NCBI GenBank assembly: GCA_977020255.1
Contig: CDROCS010001737.1
Location: 186,001-250,000 of the forward strand
Origin: Obrimoposthia wandeli
Taxonomy: Eukaryota
Reading direction: 5' to 3'
DNA: 64,000 nucleotides
Shown: one piece after another, positions 53,780-64,000 of the stretch
Position numbering within the stretch: the first letter of the stretch is position 1
Layout of the letters: the number at the start of each line of letters is the position of its first letter
Notes under the pieces: model-generated
The model's input: only the letters and a program-made list of their open reading frames with translations
Told to the model about the DNA's origin: nothing
Databases searched by the model: none
Translations under genes and position numbers: made by a program

Positions 53780-54540
53780 AATGATATCAATAAGATAAAA
53801 TACAAATATTTTAAACAATTAATAATATGTAATGATTTCAATGAGATATTTGTTGTTTTTTAGAAGCTAGTTTTTCTATTCCAGGCTTGTAATTAGTAAC
53901 CTTTAATCGTACAAAAGCTGCTGATTCAATCAATGAGAAGTGCGTTTGCTAATAATTTCATTGAATTTAATGTGTTCGGTAAGGATATCCCTTTTCGTAA
54001 TAAGATGCTTTCAATTTTATCGTCGATTGATTCGCCATCGCTGTTATTTACGGAAACAATTTAATTAAATTTTATCATTAAATCTTCAAATTCTGCCTTC
54101 CAAATGTAATTATTTTTCAATTTAATCATTTCAATTTCTAAGTCACTCTAAAACATCTAAATTCAGCTCTTCAAAACTTATTTTATGTGGTGAAATAATA
54201 AACGGCAAAGTTGATTCCAATTTTTTAACTGATTAAATCGTTCTACAAATGCATCTTTGATATCACCAATAATTGATAAATACTTATTTAAAGCATTATT
54301 AACGGCATTTTCTTGTTAATTTAAAATATTGCAACGTATCATAGCTGGAAAATATTTTAATGATTTTTTATTTGTATAATTTGAAAAAACAATTAGTTTT
54401 AATATGAACGATTTTAAACTTACATACATTGTCAACAAAATTTGGCCAAGACCTTGAAGAATTTTGTTCATTTGATTGAAATGCTGAGTGATATTACATA
54501 AGAAAATCAAATTATTTAACCACTCCATATTTGTGAATTT
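53780..54540 (-). mobile_element. Decayed hAT (GTF2IRD2/SPIN-like) transposase 3' half
   Basis: EWLNNLIFLCNITQHFNQMNKILQG...SFILKL.VF...LKYFP matches WL.DLAFL.DIT.HLN.LN..LQG. Confidence 0.7.
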
Positions 54541-54583
54541 GGGATAGCATAATATAATATAGAGAATGAATTTTCGAAAATAT

Positions 54584-56532
54584 TGTTGGGGTTTCTATAT
54601 GAAACTGTCTCTAATATAGATCCTCTGAATGGAGGGCCTCAACGTGAGTTCTATAGAAGCAGGACTTGTAGATGTTTGTGGCCTACTTAATGTTATGCTT
54701 GCCTGTCTCAATTTTTATCTGAAGGTTTGTTGTCTCTAAATTTGAAGGGTCTATAACAACGCTTTCTAGTTGTAGGAAATCGTTTTTTACTAAGCACACT
54801 AAATTAACACGTCTAAATACGTTCTAAAAACTACAATACAATTCCTAAAACTTTTACAAAGTCTCTGCACAAGTGGGGATGAACCACGTATCGATTTTAT
54901 TTTAGGGTTGGTTGGTCACTAGAGTCTTTACTCTAAAATGTGGAAAGGTTAAAGTAGTAGGTTTTTGGAGCGCTGGTTGCTCTAAAATATGGGACGTGGG
55001 ACAATTATATGAAAAATATGGGCAAGTTAATTCAGAATGCGGTACAATTATAGGAAAATTATGTGGTAAATTAATTTAGAACGCGGGGCAATGATAGGAA
55101 AATGGGGCAATTATTAATTCAAAATGCTAGACAATTATAGGAAAATTATGTGGTAAATTAATTTGGGACGCGGGACAATGATAGGAAAATGGGGAAATTA
55201 TTAATTCAAAATGCTAGACAATTATAGGAAAATTATGTGGTAAATTAATTTGGAACGCGGGACAATGATAGGAAAATGGGGAAATTATTAATTCAAAATG
55301 CTAGACAATTATGTGGTAAATTATGTGGTAAATTAATTTAGAACGTGGGGCAATGATAGGAAAATGGGGAAATTATTAATTCAAAATGCTAGACAATTAT
55401 AGGAAAATTATGTGGTAAATTAATTTAGAATGCAAGGTAATGATAGGAAAAATGGGGAAATTATATATTCTCCTTTTCTGCTCACAATATTAGCAGTATC
55501 TTCACGAACGTTTTTACTTTTTACTCACAATACTTCAACGAACGTTTTTACTTTTTACTCACAATACTTCAACGAACGTTTCTACTTTTTACTCACAATA
55601 CTTTCACGTACTCACAATATTTTCGCGCTTGGCTCTTACCTCCTCCGAATAACCTGGCGTCCGGTATCGATTGGCCTCCTCAGATGTCGGTCGAATCTTC
55701 TGCTCGGTACTCTTTGATGTGCTGTGGTCGCACTGTTCGGTTCTCGTTCTAGATGACAATTCTGACGGTATCTCCTCGTTTTTAGTGGTGCTGTCTGGAA
55801 TAATCGAGTAAATTCGCTTTCAATTATTTAGTCTTACCTTCTTCTTTTTCGCTTTTATTTCCAATTGGCTTCGGTGCTCGGATTTTATCGACGAGTCTTA
55901 TTTCTAATTTCTGGCGTGAAAATGACTTCTTCGATAGGCACTGATTTCTTCTTGGCTTTGTCAACAAAGTGTCGCTCGGATTTTATAACGAGTCTTATTT
56001 CTAATTTCTGCCGTGAAAATGACTGCAAAACAAATCAAGTAGTATTTTGGTTTTATATAGTTTACCTTCTTCGATAGGTACTGATTGCTTCTCGGCTTTG
56101 TCAACAAAGTGTCGCTCCTCTTTCGGCTCTGTCAACAAAGTGTCGCTCTTTTTCGGCTCTGTCGACAAGCGTTATTTACTTACACTTAAATAAGTGTACT
56201 TACCCTGGTATCTGAGATCCGGCTGGCGATTCGTAGCGTCCTCTGGTGACGTCGTTGAGTGGCCTAATGGATTACTTCCGCTGCTATCTTGATTTATTCC
56301 TTGATTACTCTTCTTTCCTAATTTGATTTCTAGTTTTCGTAAATAACTTATTCTTTTTTGGGGCCTTTTGCTTTAATTTTAATATCTATATATACTGCAC
56401 ACGCTTACACATGACCTTCGTGGTCCTAATATTTTCCCACTAATTTTATCTTAATTACCTTGCTTTCAAGGATTTTTATTTTAGTATAAAATGATTAATT
56501 ATTTTAATTTTAGTCAAAACCTAATCCTAACA
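54584..56532 (-). mobile_element. LTR-like element, group A
   Basis: atat|TGTTGGGG...CCTAACA|atat. The first ~350 bp are nearly identical to the 45904 copy. Confidence 0.9.
55020..55460. repeat. Minisatellite, 87-bp unit, about 5 copies
   Basis: GAAAATTATGTGGTAAATTAATTT...ATGCTAGACAATTATAG, period measured 55141 to 55228. Confidence 0.92.
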
Positions 56533-56536
56533 ATAT

Positions 56537-57071
56537 GATAAATAAAGAAATGGTTCATAATTTTCAACAATACACTAACAAGGTTCTATGTTGGATCTTA
56601 TTACTTCCCCAATAAATTTTCAGCAATGATTCGAAATTATATCCATGTCTCTTTTTCAATTTTGCAATAATTTGGCTTGACATTTACAATCATTTAGAAT
56701 CTTCAGGATATCAGAGCCATTAAAAACTCCTTCTTTTACTTTGTCTAAAAAAGTTTAGAGAATTTGTATATTATGTAAGCAAATGCTTTTCCATTGGTGG
56801 TCAGTGTTTTTGCAAATTTCTTAATGAAATCTAATTTCCGTCAGGTTAGATCTTATGAGCTACAATTTTTGTTTGTAATAACTGCTTTGAAGGAATATCT
56901 AAAAAACACAAAAAGTCATGGTTACTTTGTGTAGCCTGATTGTTATCCAATACAATCCTGTATAAAGAAAAACTTTTAAAATTAGTACATATTGGTGCGA
57001 GATCTTCATAACTTCAATTGTCCTGATTGTATTTTATCAAACAACTTCTTCATGTTCTTTCATTATAACAT
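56537..57071 (-). mobile_element. Decayed Chapaev3-like transposase, cut by LTR-like insertions on both sides
   Basis: QSGYTK, KKFAKTL..NGKAFAY, DKVKEGVFNGSDILKILND, AENLLGK/NKDP. Confidence 0.6.
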
Positions 57072-58260
57072 TGTTGGGGTTTCTAATCGAAACTGCTATT
57101 AGATCCTCGTGTGGAGGCCCCCAACGCGAGTTATGTAGCGATAGGGCTTACAGTTGGATGTGGCATACCTATTATTATTCTTCTTTATTCGTGTCTCAAG
57201 TCTGAAGGTTCTATGTCTATTGTTTTGTGGTATTTTCAAGAAGTTGTGTTTAGGAAGGGACCCTAAAACTAGTGGTGTAATGTAAGCTTAGGGCCATTAG
57301 AGTTTATTTCGAAAAGTGGTCTGGTAAAACCGAGACCTAAATATATGAACAGAGTCGAAGCCAAACGACGCTAACGATGCTCCCCTGAATGTACCAGAGC
57401 TTGGAACACTGCTACGTGATTAACTCGCGGCTAGCCTATATGTTAGTTGGTCTGTCTAGTTGGAACAGCGCTTCTCACTAATCAAATTTCGTAGGGTTAT
57501 CTAAATTACTACTTATATTTTATCAAACGGAATTACACAGAGACCAAAATGGAGACTAGTAGAACGGCGAGTTAATTATTAACACCCCGAGTAAGTAGGT
57601 TGACACCCTAGTAGATGTGGTTAAATCACGAATATAACTTTATTTTACAAAATTTGTTTATTGTCTTTCTTCACAATACTAAAAACTAATTCGTTTACAA
57701 TTACTTTAATCCAAAATCGTTTACAATTATTATAATCCACAATGTTTATAATTACAACAATTCAAAATTCGTGGCCCAGTCAGAAACACACGAACAGTCG
57801 CATAGCACTTTCCGTGTGTGCATGCGCGATCCCAGTATTCTTCTCATCACTTTGTGCTGTGTTGAAAAATCAAATTGTCGCTACAGCTGTGGAAGGCAGG
57901 AAGATACCTCGGCCAGAGAAGCAAAAATATGCCATATTGATTCTGCATAATCTGTGTAGTCCATAAAGGGAGTTAAACAATTTCCTTCCTAAAATTTATT
58001 TGAATTAGGCACTTGATCTGTGATCGAAACTCCGTTTTTATCCGGTTGTTTTTAAATCACTTTATATCTGGCTTAGCGGACGACCACCCACTGTAAAGTC
58101 AGAGATAAGAACAGACTGTGTGCCTGATGATACTGTCAGGGCTACACGTTCAAACGATCGTCGCAGTCTGAACAATTCCACCCGACTGAGAACACTTCGA
58201 TTTTAATAATTATTACTTAATTAATTTTTCCAAAAATTCTTAATTAATAATTCCCAACCC
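57072..58260. mobile_element. LTR-like or composite element with a group A terminus and a plus-strand hammerhead-like module
   Basis: TGTTGGGGTTTC start. Hairpin 58063-58108 and CTGATGA...CAAACGATCGTC at 58124-58162. Right end not resolved. Confidence 0.55.
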
Positions 58261-58959
58261 TAAACTTGTATCAATAATTGAAAATAATTTGGCGGAAATA
58301 TATTGCAACTAATAAAAATATAATCGAAAATTGTTAGAAGGAGAACACAATTCCAAACATTGCGAAGTTGTCCACCTTAGTTTTGTCAATATCTCAGGGG
58401 GTGTTATAAGGGAGAAAACAAAACTTCACTGCATCTCCAGCGATCAAGTTAGGAGCAGGACGAAAGAGAGTAGAGAAAAGAAAAACGGCAGGTAGTAAAC
58501 CGTTGTTGTCGCTGCCAAATCCTCTATTCAGGAATATTAGTGGTCTGAGAGGCAGCGACAGTCAAGAGAGAACGACCGGCATAAACCTCGGGGATCTGCA
58601 ACAGACAGTAAGTAATTTCACAGGAAGAGAGGGAGGAAGAAAATGGTGACCGTTTGTAGAGTACAGTAGTTTCTGTTGCTGCAGTAAGGTCGAAGGCAAT
58701 CCCAGTTCAGTGGTAGAAGAGTCGCCATCACAGCCGAGGGAGACAGTTTGTGAGAATAGAAGGAACTAACCAGTACACCAAATCAAATTTAATATCACAG
58801 CTGTAAAAATGAATTTCAACAAATGTGCATAAATCTGTTACAAAATGGCTGCAAATAAATACATACGATTATGTTTATGATTTTAAGAATATTTTGGAAT
58901 AATTTTATGAAAATTTTCAAGTCAAATCAAAAACAAAATTAACGAAGTATTTTATTAAT

Positions 58960-59890
58960 TAATCGCCAAGCACACCTATTTCTCTGGAATGTTTTTCAAT
59001 AAACTTTCTTATATGCTTGTAGAAAGCTTGAAGATCTTTGTAATCTTCTGGCTTCAGCTCTTCTTCCACAATCTGAGCCATGTTATTCATTCGATCTTCT
59101 GTTTTTTTCTTCCATTATAACACGTTCATTCATTTTCTTTCTTACTTGTCCTTTTAATTTTGAAAACACTGACTCAACCGGGTTCAGAAAAGGTCTATAA
59201 GGCGTAAGTGTTTAACCTTATGATTATCATTCATGACAACGACCCATTGTGTGTGGAGGTATTATCATGCATTAAAATGCGCTTCTGTTCGGCATTTAGT
59301 TTTGAGCACAAAACCGCGATGAACTCCTGATATATATCCTTATTAAATGAGCCTTTTATGATTTTGAAGGCCACTGGTTCAATTCTTTTTATAGCCAACT
59401 GATGTTGGGCCTCCGCAATTGAAGAGATCAGTGTAGAAACGCTCCCCTCTTCTAGACCATACTATTAGGCTCTTCATCCACATGTTGTAGGAACATTAGT
59501 ATATGTAGACGCAGTCCTTAGTAGACTATTCTTCGGACAAATATTTAGAAACATAGATCCTTTGCAAACCTCTTGTGCTCTCAAAGCATTTATGCTAACT
59601 AACCATTTTTTCCGAGCAGAAAATGGGACACAGTCATTGGCGTACAGCGGATTGATTGCGTCTCAGGGAAAAATCGCCATATCTCAAAAGGACATGAACG
59701 AATTTTTATCTAAATCAATCATTGAAAAGTTTCTGCTGCCTCTGGGATTTTGGCTTTGAGCCGCCTCTTGGACCTTTTGTAATCTTATTTGTTTGTCTAT
59801 ATTTGAATATGATAAATCTTGCGCCGTGTTTATTCATTTTTAATTGTCTTGATAAAAAGAAAATGATACTCTCCATATATGCGTTATGCT
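58960..59890 (-). mobile_element. Decayed IS630/Tc1 (DDE_3-like) transposase
   Basis: TPYRPFLNPVESVFSK near 59200 matches (L)PPYSPFLNPIE.VFSK. Multiple stops and frameshifts. Confidence 0.7.
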
Positions 59891-59896
59891 GGCATT

Positions 59897-60520
59897 TGTT
59901 TCCTTAATTATAAATTTTCCTAATTGATTTATTAATTAAACCATGCACTTGGGCATTTTCTGTTTTGGTCAATCTTCGACCGGTTTAGCCGGTTGTGCCT
60001 TATCAGGCTCTTCATGGAGATGGCTTATCTCTAACTTTGCGTTTTGAAAACGCCTGCAAAGCCAGATATAAGAAAGTAGGGTTTTCTCCCTCAACCATGG
60101 GCTGACAATCTACGCCGGCACATGGCATTAAGGCACACATACAGGCTGCAAAATGTCACACACAGCAATCATTTACACACTCTCACTACTTACTTAAATA
60201 TTCACTCACTAATCACCTCTACTCACGCATTGTTTTCGTGTGTAAGAATGTGGTGGTTACAATTTTCCCATCTGCCCAGAGTGCAAGCAGGCGGCGAGAA
60301 TTCTCGGCTGCACATGTGTGTGCAGAGTCAAGAATTGCAATCGGCAACATCATCATCTTGCAATTTCCCACCTGTCCAAATTCTCTTATTCTCTCAGGCT
60401 TGACAGTTGATAGTCACATCGGTCACACTGCCTTCTTCGGCAGCAACAACGACAAATGTCAACCATCTGATCGGTTGCTATAAATAGTAACACACTTTTG
60501 AGATTTCCCTACAACAAAAA
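59897..60520 (-). mobile_element. Inverted copy of the hammerhead-bearing family (decayed core)
   Basis: Minus strand reads hairpin, TCTCC-ATGAAGA-GCCT GATA AGGC-ACAA-CCGG CTAAA CCGG-TC-GAAGA, then AAAATGCCCAAGTGCAT. Shares a CTGCAC..GTGCAG hairpin with 61884-61915. Confidence 0.75.
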
Positions 60521-60976
60521 CGAATTACTGTCTATAAAAATCTGGTCGTCAATATTTAAAATACAGTTGATATTTTTTCTGTTTTGAATCCAAATAAAAC
60601 AGTGACAAAAAATGGATTGTTTTTCTTTTAATAAATATTTTACGAAATAAAAATTTCATCCATTTTACGAAATACAAATATTATCAATTCTTTGAGATAA
60701 TTTGCAAATAAACATATATATGAAAAACATTGAATTACGCAATAAATACCCTAAAACATACGTTTTTCGTTTTCTGTTCTATTTATGCATATAATATTAT
60801 ATGAAAATATATTACCTTAATTACTTTTCCATGTTCATAGATTCATCCGAAACGTCAAATAACGCGTAAATAAGTGCATTTTCTTTGTTTATATTCATTC
60901 TGTTTCTATCTTATATATTAAAATCACACACAAAAAGTGTTCTTCCCATGCATGTTAGTGTGTGTATTTGTCCATA

Positions 60977-62688
60977 TATTTATGGAATTGATTTTTATTT
61001 ATGGTATTCATTTATGTTGAATTGTAAAGTTTTATTAGTGTGTGTTTATCGTTAATTTTATTATAGGTTATGGAATTCATTCTGCCTATTGTATTTGACC
61101 GAGTGTAGCAGCACTGGTTGTCGCCAGAGCATGGACGCGGGTAGAGAGAGTAGGAGAGTGCGTCTGCAGATTGGACTGCACCGAGATGAACCGACAGGGA
61201 GAGATTATCGCTGTATTGTCGAGGGACAGAACGAGGGCGGTAGTAGATAGTGATAGAAAAAGATGGTCGCTGTCTGGTTTTGTCGCGGCCGCCACAGAGA
61301 AGTAGCGGTCCACTAGATTTGGTTATCCTGGGCGCAACTTGCTAAGGATAAAATATAATTTGGTCCTCAGTGGTCCACTCGATCTGCAATCGACTCTCAC
61401 TCGCCATCCTTCAATCCCGCCACTTGTTATATCTGGCTTCGCGGGTGTTCGATCACCGCGAAGACAAATAACATTCGCCAACCGCAGGAAAAAATAGCCT
61501 AAATAACTGGAGGTCGCGGTTAAACTATCTTATCCACCTGATTGTGGGAATTTGTTATTGTAATAATTAATAATCAATTTCTTCAATAGGAAAATATTTT
61601 ATTTCAGAGATTTAATAATCACAAATTTGGATACAACGATAATTGTAATTCAATCAATAATCGTCTGATTCTGGGCAATTGAGAATAATTTTATAATTCA
61701 ATCAATAATTGTCTGATTCTGGGCAATTGAGAATAATTCTGCAAGCAAAAATTTCAGATCGTTTATGAAAAAATAATAATTTTATTTTTCTGGAACCGCA
61801 ATCCAAAAACACGCCCTAAATGTTGCTTTTCTACAGACAGCGGGGAAAATCCATAATTGGGCAGAGAGGAAACTGGTATTTCCCGGCTCTGCACACACGC
61901 ACATGTGCAGCCGGGAAATTTCACCGTCTGTATATATTCTGGGCAAGCGGAAAATGCCAAATTAAATATACACATATATTAGTAATTTTTGATTCGCGAA
62001 TTTTTACTTTCCCAAATAAATGTATAACAAAACTGCAATAATTCACTCTTGATTTATTGTCGAAAACAAATTGTGGATAAATTGTAAGATTGTTTTTGTG
62101 TGCTTATTTTCAAAATCCACTTGTATATATTTCCACGGAGAGTGTGACTGGACAACTCCGCTGCATCAATCGAGCGGATAGAAAGGCAGGCCCACATCAG
62201 TCGGCCTCGTCCATGACTGGCGAATTCCGCAGTTATCACGATGGCGACACTGCGGCACACCGCCGTTGCCACCGGTAGGAGAAACGGTCAGAGAGACAAG
62301 AGCTGGGGATTAGTCTGCAAACCACCGAAATGTCAAACTGTCAGGAACAATCTGCTGCAGAAGTTGGTCCGGCATAGACTGGTTGAGAGTGGGTGGTGGT
62401 TCTGTATATCCTGGGCATCTTCCTCCATGTAAGTGTTTTTATTTTCATATCTCTGACTTCGCGGGAATTTCATCCACTGCGAAACCAGAGATAAGTTTGC
62501 CGTCCCCCTGACGAGCCTGGCAGGGCGAAGCCGGTCGGGACTGAACTAATAAAACTGATTATAAAATGCCAAAGTGCATTTCACTTACCCTAAAACATTT
62601 CCCTAATTAAGGAAATTTTCTCTCGTTTTTTCTTAATTAAGAAATATTTTAAATTGTATTTTTATTTTTTTTAATTGTAATCCTAACA
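60977..62688 (+). mobile_element. LTR-like (possibly composite) element with two hairpin/hammerhead modules
   Basis: Ends AATCCTAACA|cata. Tentative start cata|TATT (TG decayed). Modules at 61427-61521 and 62429-62582. Confidence 0.55.
62502..62541 (+). ncRNA. Minimal type I hammerhead ribozyme (GAAG instead of GAAA, palindromic CCGG stem III)
   Basis: GTCCCC | CTGACGA | GCCT GGCA GGGC | GAAG | CCGG | TC | GGGAC. Confidence 0.75.
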
Positions 62689-62810
62689 CATATACTCATA
62701 CATACATTTACATAGGGGTAGAGTGAGTGTGTGAGTGAGCAGTTAGAATGTGTGAGAATGAGTAGTGAGTGAGTAAGTAAATGTAAGTGTGTGTATATGT
62801 GCAGTTTATG

Positions 62811-64000
62811 CAGTGGTGGGATTCAAACTGTTTAGCAACCGGTTCGCTCATTTACCGGTTGATGTGGAATTAAATCAATTTTTCCGTGTGTGGTTAATAA
62901 TAAACAAGTCCAATTAATCATTTTATTTACCATCATATTCCAAATATTTCCAGATTGATAATTCATTAGAATTATAAGAACTATTAGATGAATGCTTCAC
63001 TCTTTTATCATCAGCTGTGTGGTGTTTTCTTAGCCACGTTTTAACAGAATCCATAGAATCCCATAAATTAAGAGGAAGACCAATTAACTTTATTACCATA
63101 AGATTTGCGACATTTTGAACTTCAAGACGATTCCTTTTATCGCTATATATCACATTCATAACTGAAAATCCGCGTTCCGCTTCAGCAGAACTCAAAGCAA
63201 TTGTATTAATAATATTTTTTGCTTTTTGTATTGTAGAAGGAACATCTTCATTGGGACGGTTTTCTATAACATTTTCTACATAGTCACGGAAATCGTTAAC
63301 GCATATTTTATGGTGAAACTGCTTATAGAATCCGGGTAATTTTTCTTCAGCTTGTTTCCACGGTACAACAACTTCATCAATATCCCATGATTCAGGGCTA
63401 ACGATGTTTACTAAACAGTGAATTTTGTTATCAATTTCTTTGGAGTTTTTGCTTGCTTTTATTTCATCAGAATCCATCAATCTTAGTTTCATATTTTTTA
63501 TAATAGAATCTAACAGGCTTTGGCGAGGAAGGTTAATATATTTCTTATTTTGAACAAACTTAATATGAAGAAATGCATCAGAAGCAACAGTCTCGTCAAT
63601 TTTTGTTTCATAAGAACCTTTCATTTCTTTCATAATTTCTAGCGCCTTGATTGACCTTTTTATTAACTTTTCGGCTCGTGGCAAATTTAAATTTCTACAT
63701 TGTAGAGCATTTGAAAGTAATGATATTTCCTTTAATATATATATCATTAAAGCTAAATCCTCAAGGAAATATCTGTTTGCAAAACGCTTGGCCATTCCTG
63801 TGAACTTTTCTTTGCTACTAAAATAATCAAATAATGCAGGGTAAGCACGCCATACTGCAACTGTTGATCTAAGACTGCAAGCAGCCCATCTCGGTCCTAA
63901 AACTCTACCAATTTTTAGAATTTCTATTCCAAGTTGTTCGGAAATTTTGAAAAGTTCCATTTGGTTCTTATTTGACTGGTGAAATATCTTGTAAATTTCA
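62811..64000 (-). mobile_element. Young hAT transposon, 3' part
   Basis: CAGTGGTGGGATTCAAA terminus at 62811 and an uninterrupted transposase ORF. Confidence 0.85.
62923..63999 (-). CDS. hAT transposase, KIAA1586/ZNF862-like, 5'-truncated by the window edge
   Basis: Open frame continues to the edge (IYKIFHQSNKNQMEL). RWAACSLR..AVW..YPAL and SSAEAERGFSVMN..SDKRNRL are hAT dimerisation motifs. Confidence 0.9.
   Translation of the reverse strand, partial: EIYKIFHQSNKNQMELFKISEQLGIEILKIGRVLGPRWAACSLRSTVAVWRAYPALFDYFSSKEKFTGMAKRFANRYFLEDLALMIYILKEISLLSNALQCRNLNLPRAEKLIKRSIKALEIMKEMKGSYETKIDETVASDAFLHIKFVQNKKYINLPRQSLLDSIIKNMKLRLMDSDEIKASKNSKEIDNKIHCLVNIVSPESWDIDEVVVPWKQAEEKLPGFYKQFHHKICVNDFRDYVENVIENRPNEDVPSTIQKAKNIINTIALSSAEAERGFSVMNVIYSDKRNRLEVQNVANLMVIKLIGLPLNLWDSMDSVKTWLRKHHTADDKRVKHSSNSSYNSNELSIWKYLEYDGK

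Noticed and set aside
54584-54720. Hairpin-rich group A terminus as a second ribozyme class
   Set aside because: Several short hairpins are present, but I could not match a hammerhead, HDV-like, twister or pistol consensus on either strand by eye. An Rfam scan would settle it.
46440-55460. 36-, 27- and 87-bp repeat arrays resembling CRISPR arrays
   Set aside because: Units are contiguous with no unique spacers, the context is eukaryotic, and there are no cas genes. They are minisatellites inside mobile units.
58332-58821. Additional TGTTAG...TTCAACA unit
   Set aside because: Flanks AAAT and AATG do not form a TSD and no family module was found, so it was left uncalled.

Overview
AT-rich eukaryotic DNA with GC-richer exons; the transposon complement looks invertebrate-animal-like, but the species cannot be identified from sequence alone. 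198-21428 holds the last 11 exons (733 aa) of a spatacsin/SPG11 gene on +, with all splice phases compatible, standard code, and transposon-filled introns. The rest is mostly mobile DNA: a piggyBac with TIRs, a decayed Ty3/gypsy gag-pro-RT, a decayed Polinton/adintovirus-type pPolB joined to an intron-rich 5' part, Chapaev3-like, Tigger/pogo, Tc1/IS630 and hAT remnants, and a young KIAA1586-like hAT ORF running off the right edge. The main unexplained structure is a group of about 12 non-coding 0.7-2 kb elements bounded by TG...CA, seven with exact 4-bp TSDs and several nested in each other. Many carry one module: GTAAGT splice donor, hairpin, type I hammerhead ribozyme, small AAATGC/GCATTT hairpin (followed by AATAAA in the intact copy). 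One hammerhead (41465-41512) is fully canonical, one (62502-62541) is a near-intact minimal form, and about six are decayed. This looks like an LTR-type, retrozyme-like family in an animal-like genome. All alignments and folds were done by eye.
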